The notes beneath the pieces were generated by a model. The model was not told the origin of the DNA. It ran no database searches and was given only the letters and a program-made list of their open reading frames with translations. A stretch of DNA of 32,000 nucleotides. Origin: Candidatus Nanoarchaeia archaeon. Lineage in GTDB: Archaea; Nanobdellota; Nanobdellia; Woesearchaeales; JANQNC01. The stretch spans positions 660,001-692,000 of the forward strand of contig JANQNC010000001.1 of assembly GCA_028279745.1 (NCBI GenBank), read 5' to 3'. Positions 7,966-16,478 of this stretch are shown in pieces (the first letter of the stretch is position 1; every line of letters starts with the position of its first letter). The translations under genes and the position numbers were made by a program.

Positions 7966-10928
7966 CTTTCAATTCTGGCAGAAACTACAGCATCCTTCCA
8001 CAAATTCTCAAACTCGTAATCAGGCAGACCGTACAACCAGCTCCTCCTCGCTATAAAAGTTGTCTCATTATTTATTTCATTACAAGCAATATCAAACTCA
8101 CCAGGGTTTGCTCTGTATAAATCAAAAATGTGGGTTGAGTTACAGATAGTTGTGTTAAATCCTGAATAAGTAGCAGTTATGAAAGTCTGTTCCTGTTCAA
8201 CTTCATCATACTTTGTCTCAACAATACCTTTAATGTTTTTGCCTTCTGTGTCTTTTAGATAAATTCTGTCAAAGTCGCCAGTTCGATTTATGAATTCATA
8301 ACTTCCGTAAGGAACTGTATATTCTCCTACTAAAAGAGTTAATATTGATTCGACAGGATCAACAAAGAAATCATAAAGTCCATCCCACAATCCTTCAAAG
8401 AAAGACATAGGCATACCCTCAATATCTTGAGTGGAATAAATAACTGCTCTTGTCTTATTATCCCACCAAAGCTGTCTAGAATTGCATCTTTCAAACCCAA
8501 TAGGGTTGTCTAAAGCATCGCTACAAACATCGTTAAAATGAGATATGTTGAAAGTGTTCTTCATAGCAATAGGCAAATAATCTTCCATAATAAATTCATA
8601 ATCATCATTAACCGTTGTACCAACTACTGTTTGGTCTTCGTACGTTAATACACAGAAGTTATTGTAAGCATCAGGATCGATAGATCTAATATAAGAAGCG
8701 GTTTCCTTAGTAACTCCTTGTTGTAATGTTTCTGCCTCCCAATAATTCAAAGCATTTTGAGGAATATCACAATGTAAACTATACTCATCTTCAGGCAAGT
8801 CCATCATCGTTAGAGCTAAAAGTTTAGTTCTAGTAGTCCATGAACCATTCTGACAGTAATGATCTCTCAAATACTGATCATCTGACACACAGTCAGGCCA
8901 GTCCGCTCTAACACCCTGACTTAGGAAGTAAGAGGTTGTGTTATAGTTATTTTCAGGATTTCCCAAATTAGTAACTAAACAATCCTCTACGTTAGGACAA
9001 TAACCTGATTCACTAAAATCCCAGTTATGCTTAAGTCTTGCAATCGCCCAGGCACCATCAATACATCTGTAATCTTCATCATTATAGTTGAATGGAGGGC
9101 TCTGATCATATCTTTGATTGGGAGTACATTCATTGCCATTCCAACACCAAGTGCTAGGACAACATTGCGGGTTAGAACCGTCAGGTAAAGTTTTAGTTGC
9201 TGAAATTAAATCTAGATCTGAATAAATATCTGCAGCTTTCCATTCATTAGTATACTCACAATAGCTTGTTCCAATATTCTGACATCTGTCTGCTACTTGA
9301 ACATCTGATGGATCTGCAAAGTATGTTGCGAATTGTGGAGACGATGCTTCACTACATTCCCAGAACTTACTTTGACCAAAAATAACTTGAGTTTCAGTGC
9401 ACTCTTCATCAACTTCACCATCACAGTCGTCGTCTAAATAATTACCACAAACTTCATCTGGGACCGTGCCACAATAACCGCACTTGTTTAGCAATCCAAA
9501 CTCGGTTCCTTCTGTGTTTTCGTCTACCTGAGTGTTACAGTTATCATCTATATTGTTACAAGTTTCAGTTGTTGGAGTTACTCTGAATGGTTCATAAGCA
9601 CATTCACCAATACCTTCTAGAATATTATCATCTCTGTAAATGTTAACAAAAGCTGTGCCGTTATCTGCTTGGGGGATTACACCATCACATTGATCAATAG
9701 TTCCATCTAAATCTGAGTCTAGTTGGAAAGAATCTGTTTGACCGTTGCTGTCACAATCTTCATCACAAGTGCTAGTCCATGGCGCTGCACCATCTTTACC
9801 TTCACCAACAGGACATGATGTGCCTGCAGATTCTGTACAATCAGCATCTTCTTCATCTCTATAACCATCTCCGTCGTTATCAACACCATCAGAACACCAT
9901 GCTGAGTTTGTGTTTTCCGGAAGAGGTTCAGAATTCATCCACTGGAAAGTTTGATTTAGTGTGTTGACCTCAAAACGTATAGACGTTCCCCCCGGGTTTG
10001 TCAAGTCCATGTTTCTTAGATAAATCTCCACCTTGTTAATTCCTGCAAAGAATTGTAAACTATCAAAGTCTGAATTGTAAGATCTAGAATTTCCTCCCCC
10101 ATACTTCGTTATCTTAACTAAAAATTCAGTTAAAGAACTCGTAGAAAAGTAAACAGGAATATCCCTTGTACTATAAGAAGAAACATACGTCTCAAGCTTG
10201 ACAGTACTATTAAATCCAGTTATAACTTGAGGTGATAAAAAGTTCCCAGTTGTGATATCCACCGTCTTAAAACGAGTAAGTGTCAAGTCACCATAGTCAG
10301 ACTCAAAATTAGAAGTTCCTTCAGGGACTACTTCCGCAGCCCACTGATTATTTGGTAAAGGGGAAGTTATTTCAGAATCTGAATAACCTGTGCTTTTGCA
10401 AGCACCATTCGCACACATCTCATCAGACCCACAATCATGGGGGTTCCCCCCATATTTATCCTCTAAAAATGCACCAACCAGATCATCCCCGTCATCAAAA
10501 AGTTCCCATACCCCTACCAAACTACATTCATAAACTTCTGAAGAAGAATCACAAAAGTCAGATTCTGATTTACCAGTTTCATAGTTATAACAGTAACCCT
10601 TAACATTAGTGCTTGATGAGCCACATTTACCTTCAGTGCTACGATCATCAGCCCCACCATAAATAATAAACTCACTCAAACTACAGCCCTCTTGGTCCGT
10701 GCCTTCGTCATAAATCTCGCCAATGTCTCCCGTGGCAGTACAACTACCATCTGCAGACTCTCTTTTGTAAGAGTTAGTATCAACATCATCAGCACCATCA
10801 CCTTCAACATCCTCATCAAGACTGCAATAATGCTTAACCGTTGCAGCATATGCAAACGAAGTTAGGAAAAGACAAAGTACTGTAAACAACATAACTAAAG
10901 TTAATCTGTTGGATTTAGTAAGTCGCAT
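7962..10928 (-). CDS. Secreted acidic Cys-rich protein (988 aa), paralog of the 711-aa neighbour; PA14-like beta core plus MopE/TSP3-like D-x-D-x-DG repeats
   Basis: Signal peptide MRLTKSNRLTLVMLFTVLCLFLTSFAYA|A. The core shared with the 711-aa protein is KLETYV, GINKVEIY, FQWMN and WCSDGVDNDGDGYRDEEDADC. Further repeats are CNNIDDNCNTQVDE, CGNYLDDDCDGEVDEEC and DSDLDGTIDQCD. The C-terminal roughly 400 aa is W/Y/C-rich with no motif I recognise. It overlaps the upstream gene by 14 nt. Confidence 0.85.
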   Translation of the reverse strand: MRLTKSNRLTLVMLFTVLCLFLTSFAYAATVKHYCSLDEDVEGDGADDVDTNSYKRESADGSCTATGDIGEIYDEGTDQEGCSLSEFIIYGGADDRSTEGKCGSSSTNVKGYCYNYETGKSESDFCDSSSEVYECSLVGVWELFDDGDDLVGAFLEDKYGGNPHDCGSDEMCANGACKSTGYSDSEITSPLPNNQWAAEVVPEGTSNFESDYGDLTLTRFKTVDITTGNFLSPQVITGFNSTVKLETYVSSYSTRDIPVYFSTSSLTEFLVKITKYGGGNSRSYNSDFDSLQFFAGINKVEIYLRNMDLTNPGGTSIRFEVNTLNQTFQWMNSEPLPENTNSAWCSDGVDNDGDGYRDEEDADCTESAGTSCPVGEGKDGAAPWTSTCDEDCDSNGQTDSFQLDSDLDGTIDQCDGVIPQADNGTAFVNIYRDDNILEGIGECAYEPFRVTPTTETCNNIDDNCNTQVDENTEGTEFGLLNKCGYCGTVPDEVCGNYLDDDCDGEVDEECTETQVIFGQSKFWECSEASSPQFATYFADPSDVQVADRCQNIGTSYCEYTNEWKAADIYSDLDLISATKTLPDGSNPQCCPSTWCWNGNECTPNQRYDQSPPFNYNDEDYRCIDGAWAIARLKHNWDFSESGYCPNVEDCLVTNLGNPENNYNTTSYFLSQGVRADWPDCVSDDQYLRDHYCQNGSWTTRTKLLALTMMDLPEDEYSLHCDIPQNALNYWEAETLQQGVTKETASYIRSIDPDAYNNFCVLTYEDQTVVGTTVNDDYEFIMEDYLPIAMKNTFNISHFNDVCSDALDNPIGFERCNSRQLWWDNKTRAVIYSTQDIEGMPMSFFEGLWDGLYDFFVDPVESILTLLVGEYTVPYGSYEFINRTGDFDRIYLKDTEGKNIKGIVETKYDEVEQEQTFITATYSGFNTTICNSTHIFDLYRANPGEFDIACNEINNETTFIARRSWLYGLPDYEFENLWKDAVVSARIER

Positions 10929-13050
10929 TTATCAACTCCCCCTCTTCCAGGTATAATGAATTCCAACATCCACCAACAGTGTCAGCATAATAATTATCTT
11001 TTGTCAAGTCATCTCCACAACAGGCAGTTCCGCTCCACCTGAACGCTTCAGAGTTAGCCTCACAGGATTGACCTTCAAAACCTTCAATGTTATCATCATC
11101 TAAGTCAGTTATCCATCTGAACACTCCTTGTTGACCCGGTGCACAATACTGTAACTCATTATCAGCTGTAAGATAGAATGTGTTTGCTAATTCTATATTT
11201 ACTTGAGTCACTTCAGTATCAAACGCTGCAGGCGGAACAAAGAATGCAACTTTAGTGACTGGCATAGTCACCACATCAGTTGGGATCTTTACATGAACCC
11301 ATTCACCCATTCTAGGTATACCTGTTAAATAATCTTTAACAACAATTGGTTCTTCTGCACCTACGATATTCATATTCAATAAAACATTATCTAAAAATTT
11401 AACATCAAACTCAACATAATCATAAATACCCCAGTTTCTAGAAGACAAATCTTCAAACCAATAGGCATTAGTGGTCGGAGAAAACTGTAAGTTTCCAGAA
11501 GTTTCTGCATCAACAAAAACGATCCTGTTGGATAAATCATCACAGCTAGCAATATATTCTTGCTCGTCTGAGAGATCATTCAAGTAACAAAGTAAATCAC
11601 CCCTTACACCTGAAAAAGTTTCCCCACCAGTAGCACCAAATGTGCCTTTACTATCTCTATCACAACCTAACCAGCTAAACTCAGTAGAGAAAAGTTGGTA
11701 AACTCCTTCATCCTGACTGTCTCTTCTTATTGTTAATATCTGTCCAGTGTCTTCTGTGTACAACCCAGCATCAACCCATTTACTCTCGTTATTCTCATCA
11801 AAAATACAAACATACTCAGTTGAACCAATCTTCACATATTTACCAAAGTCAGATGCTTCATCACCACAACAACCTTGAGTCAAAGCAGGTGTTGAATTAC
11901 AATCAATAAATTCGTTACAGTCAGGATCAAACATATCAACAAAACCATCCATGTCATCATCTAAACCATTCTCGCAACCATCAACATTTGCTTCATTAAA
12001 ATTATCATGATTCATCCATTTGAAATATGAAGATAAAGCATCACTAGCAGTTATTATAAGACCTTGAGTTTTAACTGATTCATTATCGTTATAAAAATAA
12101 ATGTTGATCTTGTTCAAACCTTTAGTGAACAAAAGATTTGCAGCGCCAGCACCACTATAAGAGGATACCTCGCTATCACCAGAACCATAATCATTCTCAA
12201 TAAGAATCACAATATCTGTAGTTTGGTCATAAACATTTGTTATAGGAACCGATATATCATTCTCAACAAAAACATAAGTCTCTAACTTGTAAGCAGAAGG
12301 AAGAATGTTAAGACCAGGAACCAAATAATCCTCTGAAGGATCAGCATAAATGTAAAGATCGCCTTCAGTTCCTGAAGCATTACCAAAAACATCAACAGGG
12401 TCTGACAAGTCCTCATCCAACGTGGGAAGTCTATAAGTAAACTTCCACATCCAGTTTGGTGCAAAAGAAGGAGTTTCAATAACAACACTCTCCTCAAGGT
12501 AATGATCTTTCAATTTATGACATACTTGGTCTGAACAAACAGCACCAAGAGCAGCACAATCTACTCTAGCATATCTGTTAACATCATCACTATCATCATC
12601 ATAGTCACCAATTACATAGCACTCCAAGGAGTACTGTACATCTTCACACTGATCAGAAGCATATTCAAACGCAGGTTCTTCATCATTCCAACAAGCACCT
12701 TTGACATAAACACTTCTTTGATCCGCAACCCACAAATCATCATCTGCATGGTAAACTATATCCCCCCTAATACACCCGTTAGGTGAGACATCAACAGGTT
12801 CAACTTTGTAAGAATCCTCATCCATAGAGTCCAAGTTCAAATCGTCTTTTCCATACCACCCGTCTGTTATCTCATAATCATCAAACCATCTGTTGATATC
12901 ACTAGGCGTATCATCTAACTTTGAGTTACACTCAATATGACAACCATCACAACCATCATCTTCATCAAACTCAACAGCATATGCAAAGCTAGTCAAAAAA
13001 AGGACAGTCACTACAAAAAGAAATAACTTAAACAGCTTTGAACTCATCAT
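10915..13050 (-). CDS. Secreted acidic Cys-rich protein (711 aa), paralog of the 988-aa neighbour; PA14-like core, MopE-like motif, CBM-like C-terminal region
   Basis: Signal peptide MMSSKLFKLFLFVVTVLFLTSFAYA|V. I count 24 Cys by hand. Motifs: KLETYV, GLNKINIY, FKWMN, GCENGLDDDMDGFVDMFDPDC. There are two CCGD[DE] motifs. The stretch YDYVEFDVKF...GEWVHVKIP resembles a carbohydrate-binding beta-sandwich. It is the first gene of the island. Confidence 0.85.
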   Translation of the reverse strand: MMSSKLFKLFLFVVTVLFLTSFAYAVEFDEDDGCDGCHIECNSKLDDTPSDINRWFDDYEITDGWYGKDDLNLDSMDEDSYKVEPVDVSPNGCIRGDIVYHADDDLWVADQRSVYVKGACWNDEEPAFEYASDQCEDVQYSLECYVIGDYDDDSDDVNRYARVDCAALGAVCSDQVCHKLKDHYLEESVVIETPSFAPNWMWKFTYRLPTLDEDLSDPVDVFGNASGTEGDLYIYADPSEDYLVPGLNILPSAYKLETYVFVENDISVPITNVYDQTTDIVILIENDYGSGDSEVSSYSGAGAANLLFTKGLNKINIYFYNDNESVKTQGLIITASDALSSYFKWMNHDNFNEANVDGCENGLDDDMDGFVDMFDPDCNEFIDCNSTPALTQGCCGDEASDFGKYVKIGSTEYVCIFDENNESKWVDAGLYTEDTGQILTIRRDSQDEGVYQLFSTEFSWLGCDRDSKGTFGATGGETFSGVRGDLLCYLNDLSDEQEYIASCDDLSNRIVFVDAETSGNLQFSPTTNAYWFEDLSSRNWGIYDYVEFDVKFLDNVLLNMNIVGAEEPIVVKDYLTGIPRMGEWVHVKIPTDVVTMPVTKVAFFVPPAAFDTEVTQVNIELANTFYLTADNELQYCAPGQQGVFRWITDLDDDNIEGFEGQSCEANSEAFRWSGTACCGDDLTKDNYYADTVGGCWNSLYLEEGELINATY

Positions 13051-13080
13051 CTAAAAACCCCTTTTTACCCCGCTTGACTA

Positions 13081-13090
13081 TTAATATAGT
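13081..13090 (-). promoter_or_regulatory. Candidate TATA box for the surface-protein island
   Basis: Minus-strand tatattaa lies about 31-40 nt upstream of ATG 13050. An AGGGG purine tract sits just before the ATG. Confidence 0.3.
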
Positions 13091-13133
13091 ATGATAAAGA
13101 AAAAATGCAAAAAAGTATTTATAAATGTTTTGG

Positions 13134-13211
13134 TACAGCTGCAATATCAGCTGGCACTATAACCGGGCGTAAGCTCACTAACGTTCGCTTAGCCCACTGG
13201 CTATTATCTTT
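13134..13211. other. GC-enriched structured intergenic element (possible small RNA or 3' structure)
   Basis: Locally GC-rich sequence inside an AT-rich spacer. The hairpin gggcgtaagc/tcactaacgttc/gcttagccc has 9 bp with one bulged G. It is preceded by the cagctg-caatat-cagctg repeat. On the plus strand, tatttataaatg lies about 25 nt upstream and a T4 run is at about 13208. Confidence 0.25.
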
Positions 13212-13871
13212 TCAGTCTACTAACTCAACACCTTCAGCCAGGTAAGAAGTAGATTTCTTTTTCAGATTATGAGAAATCTTGTTCTTGATTGATTTCAAAG
13301 CTTTACTTGCTTCACTAGGATGCGCACCCAAAGTTATCAAAAAAGCTTTCAGATCATGAGGAGATCTCATATCTTCTGGCTTAGTTGCAAATGAAGCTAA
13401 AGCTAAATCAAACTTGTATTTTCTAGCAAAAACAATGTTTTGCATGATTCTTCCCAAAATGTTTGCTCTTTCAGTGTCTTTTGAATTAAGGATCAATGAA
13501 AAATCAATTGTGATAACCTTGCCTTTTTCTTTTGCTAACTTGCAAAGCACTTGATTTAGACCTGAGCTTCTGTGATGCATGAAATCTTTAGGTTGTTTTT
13601 CTAAATTGATCACTAAATCTCCAAACTTAGATTCAAAAAACTTCCTTCCACAATCTTTAACGACAGTTAAGTCAGTGTTAAACTGCTTAGGTTCGTCGGT
13701 TAGGATCCCTGCGTAAAGATTAAGTTCTGATTTTGATCTTAAAGATTCTAACTTTTTTGAATTTAACTCTTTCTGATTCTTATAGAGAAAACACAAACCA
13801 GTATAGCCTAACTTTTCAGCCATGGCAACAAATCTTTCTTCGTTATCTTTTGAAACTACAACATCAAACAT
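13212..13871 (-). CDS. rnp3: RNase P protein component 3 (Rpp30 family)
   Basis: The product starts MFDVVVSKDNEERFVAMAEKLGYTGLCFLY and ends ...LALASFATKPEDMRSPHDLKAFLITLGAHPSEASKAL, which is Rpp30-like. I prefer the internal ATG at 13871 (M29 of the tracked ORF). It has GGAG 8 nt upstream and gives an 8-nt overlap with ABCE1 instead of 92 nt. Confidence 0.72.
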   Translation of the reverse strand: MFDVVVSKDNEERFVAMAEKLGYTGLCFLYKNQKELNSKKLESLRSKSELNLYAGILTDEPKQFNTDLTVVKDCGRKFFESKFGDLVINLEKQPKDFMHHRSSGLNQVLCKLAKEKGKVITIDFSLILNSKDTERANILGRIMQNIVFARKYKFDLALASFATKPEDMRSPHDLKAFLITLGAHPSEASKALKSIKNKISHNLKKKSTSYLAEGVELVD

Positions 13872-15627
13872 AGTAATAATCTCCTGAAGACTTTTGCTCA
13901 GAATCTTTTTGAGAATCTTCCTTATTGGCTCTTGGCCTGTGAGATTCTGGATCACGTCTGAAAGTCATATTCAGATCTTTCAAGAAATGATTCATCCCTT
14001 CACGCATATCAAAAGGACCTTTAGCAATACCTTCAACTGCTGGCTCGCCATCAAACACCAATAATCTATTACTAATGTAATCTAAGAAAAGTAAGTCGTG
14101 ATCGACAACAACCGCTGTCTTTCCAGAAACTTCCATAACATCTCTGATTATTTTTGAAACTAACAGTCTTTGTTCTACATCTAAGTAAGCAGATGGCTCA
14201 TCTAATAGATAAAGTTCTGCATCCTGACCCAAACAGATTGCGATAGCAACTCTTTGCAACTCACCACCTGAAAGTTGGTTAAGTTGTTTGGTCATCAAAG
14301 GCTCCAAGTTCAAAGGAGCTGCAATCTGATTCTTGAATAGAGTAGAGTTAACATCTTTAACCTTCAACGCCAAAACACTCATAACGATATCATCTGAGTC
14401 TCCTTCTAAGTACTGAGGCTTGTATGCAACTTTAATCTGTTCATCAACTTCACCTTCATCAGGGTCTAAAACTTTAGCAAGAATCTTAATGAAAGAAGTT
14501 TTACCGATACCATTTTCCCCCATAACCCCTACAACTTCTTGAGAGTTAAATTCTCCTTCTGGAGCTTCCAATTTAAATGCATCTAGTTGTTTTTTGATAT
14601 TTTTCCAGGATGTTAATTCATTGCCGCTTAGTTTTGCAGCACCAGACTTTTCAATGAACTTAATCGGTCTGTCCCTGAATCTAATGTTTTCTTCTTTTAG
14701 GTAACCTTCAAGATAAATATTGATTCCTTTCCTTGTTGATTTGGGCTGGGAAACAATACCGTAAGCAGTTTCTTTACCATACATCAGGTGAACTAAGTCA
14801 GTCATGTAATCTAAAACTATCAAGTCGTGTTCAACAACCATAACTGCTGTGTCTTCATCAGCCAAATCCCTGATAAACTTACTGACACGCATCCTTTGCT
14901 TAACGTCTAAGTATGAAGTGGGTTCGTCAAAAACATAGAAGTTTGCTTTCTTCAGAACTGCTGCAGCAATCGCTAATCTTTGCAACTCACCACCAGATAA
15001 ATTCTTGATATCATTATCCAGGATTTTAGTTAAAGAGAGTTGTTCTGCAATCTCGTTAAGTTTTCCTTTCTCATCTGCTTTCTCTAGCAAATCTTTAACT
15101 TTTCCTTCTTGAACTTTAGGGATCAAGTCAACTTGTTGAGGTTTGTATGAAATAACAATCTCTTCCTTCTTAACTTTTTCAAAAAATATCTGAGCTTCGG
15201 TTCCTTTAAAGTGATCAATCAGTTCATCATAGTTAACTTCTTCATCTTTTCCTAAGTTAGGTCTTAAAGCACCTGCAAGAATCTTAATCGCAGTGGATTT
15301 TCCAATTCCGTTTCTACCCATAACACCCACTACTTTTCCGAAGATAGGGATAGGTAAGTTGTAGATGTGAAATCCATTTCTTCCATAACGATGGATTGGC
15401 GTATCACCTAATTCTTGAGGCAGATTAATAATATCAATTGCCTTGAATGGACATACCTTTACACAAATGTCACATCCAATACAAACATCTTCATGGATGA
15501 ATGCTTTATCTTTCTTTTCGATACAATTAATCCCTTTACGATTAACAGGGCACTTTCTCTCACAAAGAAAATCTCCGCAACCTTCAGGATTGCAATCTTG
15601 TCTCCTAACAACAGCTATTCTCGACAT
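13864..15627 (-). CDS. ABCE1: ABCE1 / RNase L inhibitor-type ribosome recycling ATPase
   Basis: N-terminal double 4Fe-4S ferredoxin Cys clusters (CNPEGCGDFLCERKCP; CIGCDICVKVCP). Two ABC nucleotide-binding domains with GRNGIGKST / GENGIGKTS Walker A motifs and two LSGGELQR signatures. Confidence 0.95.
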   Translation of the reverse strand: MSRIAVVRRQDCNPEGCGDFLCERKCPVNRKGINCIEKKDKAFIHEDVCIGCDICVKVCPFKAIDIINLPQELGDTPIHRYGRNGFHIYNLPIPIFGKVVGVMGRNGIGKSTAIKILAGALRPNLGKDEEVNYDELIDHFKGTEAQIFFEKVKKEEIVISYKPQQVDLIPKVQEGKVKDLLEKADEKGKLNEIAEQLSLTKILDNDIKNLSGGELQRLAIAAAVLKKANFYVFDEPTSYLDVKQRMRVSKFIRDLADEDTAVMVVEHDLIVLDYMTDLVHLMYGKETAYGIVSQPKSTRKGINIYLEGYLKEENIRFRDRPIKFIEKSGAAKLSGNELTSWKNIKKQLDAFKLEAPEGEFNSQEVVGVMGENGIGKTSFIKILAKVLDPDEGEVDEQIKVAYKPQYLEGDSDDIVMSVLALKVKDVNSTLFKNQIAAPLNLEPLMTKQLNQLSGGELQRVAIAICLGQDAELYLLDEPSAYLDVEQRLLVSKIIRDVMEVSGKTAVVVDHDLLFLDYISNRLLVFDGEPAVEGIAKGPFDMREGMNHFLKDLNMTFRRDPESHRPRANKEDSQKDSEQKSSGDYYYV

Positions 15628-15680
15628 AAAAACCTGTTTTTAAAGCAAAGTTAATAAATGTTTTGAAGAATACTCTTCAT

Positions 15681-16088
15681 ATGAAAAAAGTAATAGCGTT
15701 TGGAACGTTCGACATATTCCACAAAGGACACGAGTACTTTTTACAAGAGGCAAAAAGGTTAGGAGATAAATTAGTTGTTGTAGTTGCAAGAGACAAAACC
15801 GTTGAAGAAGTCAAAGGAGAAAAGCCTCATAATGATGAGGAGAAAAGGTTATCAGTTGTTCAAAAGGAGGAGTATGTTGATAAGGCAGTTTTGGGAAGTG
15901 AGGGCGAAGATAAGATGAAAGTAGTTGAAGATGAAAATCCAGACATAGTATGTATAGGATATGATCAAAATTCATTCACAGAACATCTGCATAAACGATT
16001 TAGAGAAAATAAGTTTAAGATAGTTAAAATCGGGCCTTTCCAGCCCGAAAAGTATAAATCATCAATTCTAAAGAAAAACAAGGTTTGA
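15681..16088 (+). CDS. ribL: Archaeal FAD synthase (RibL-type cytidylyltransferase fold)
   Basis: MKKVIAFGTFDIFHKGHEYFLQEAKRLGDKLVVVVARDKTVEEVKGEKP carries the GTFDxxHxGH nucleotidyltransferase motif. Its size and layout match archaeal RibL. I prefer ATG 15681 over the tracked TTG 15663. Confidence 0.8.
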   Translation: MKKVIAFGTFDIFHKGHEYFLQEAKRLGDKLVVVVARDKTVEEVKGEKPHNDEEKRLSVVQKEEYVDKAVLGSEGEDKMKVVEDENPDIVCIGYDQNSFTEHLHKRFRENKFKIVKIGPFQPEKYKSSILKKNKV

Positions 16089-16220
16089 GAGCTCCTAGAG
16101 CTTCAATTTAGGGGTTTGAAGTGGTTGAAATCTAAGGTTATAGAGCTTCTACTATTGGTTTAGAATAGAAACCTTTATATATTATTTACCACTTATTAGT
16201 GATAAACTAATGGAGGTTTT

Positions 16221-16478
16221 ATGAAAATGAACTCATTTGAAAAATACACACTAGGAAGACAAAGCGAAAAATTAGGAGTTACAATGACTCCAGAACAGGA
16301 AAGAAAATTTGAAGTGAAAAAAGCAAAAGTTGCAGAACCGAAACTGATGATGAATGCAGGCGATGCAAAAGTAGCAAAGACAAGCCTGAAACAAGCAATA
16401 GATTCAGGAATGTTAAGCGGAGCAGGAGAAAAGCTAGTTTCACAGTACTCAGACGACATCAAGTACTTCAAAGAATGA
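16221..16478 (+). CDS. Small hydrophilic protein (85 aa), function unknown, translationally coupled to the GH15-like gene
   Basis: GGAGG at 16212-16216, 4 nt before the ATG. ATGA overlap with the next gene at 16475-16478. The antisense 91-aa ORF looks like a mirror artefact. Confidence 0.6.
   Translation: MKMNSFEKYTLGRQSEKLGVTMTPEQERKFEVKKAKVAEPKLMMNAGDAKVAKTSLKQAIDSGMLSGAGEKLVSQYSDDIKYFKE

Noticed and set aside
12760-12790. RGD tripeptide (CIRGDIVY) in the 711-aa protein as an integrin-type adhesion motif
   Set aside because: A three-residue match is expected by chance in proteins this size. Integrin recognition is a metazoan feature with no basis here.
1-13050. Diversity-generating retroelement (DGR) targeting the surface proteins
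   Set aside because: No reverse transcriptase ORF is present in the window, and I could not see any template/variable repeat pair by eye. A self-dot-plot at 80-150 nt scale, allowing A-to-N mismatches, would be needed to exclude it formally.
13165-13196. tRNA, split-tRNA half or C/D-box sRNA in the GC-rich spacer hairpin
   Set aside because: There is no D-arm or T-arm (no GTTCRANN loop with a flanking stem), no acceptor pairing and no TGATGA/CTGA boxes. It is kept only as a generic structured element.
13872-13955. N-terminal extensions of tracked ORFs: Rpp30 to 13955, PadR to 23725, 2H enzyme to 31162, RibL TTG at 15663
   Set aside because: The extensions would create 92-nt and 38-nt overlaps or cover promoter elements. 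Internal ATGs give family-typical N-termini (MFDVVV, MIIHGNLRFLVL, MAKIAIDI, MKKVIAFGTFD) and short overlaps like the rest of the window. This remains uncertain without N-terminal data.
15415-15654. Plus-strand ORFs 15415..15654 and 15443..15643
   Set aside because: They are antisense to the Fe-S cluster domain of ABCE1, which is unmistakable.
16196-16471. 91-aa minus-strand ORF antisense to the 85-aa plus-strand ORF
   Set aside because: The plus-strand ORF has a GGAGG RBS and an ATGA coupling to the next gene. The minus-strand product is an F/S/P-rich hydrophobic mirror sequence with no signals.
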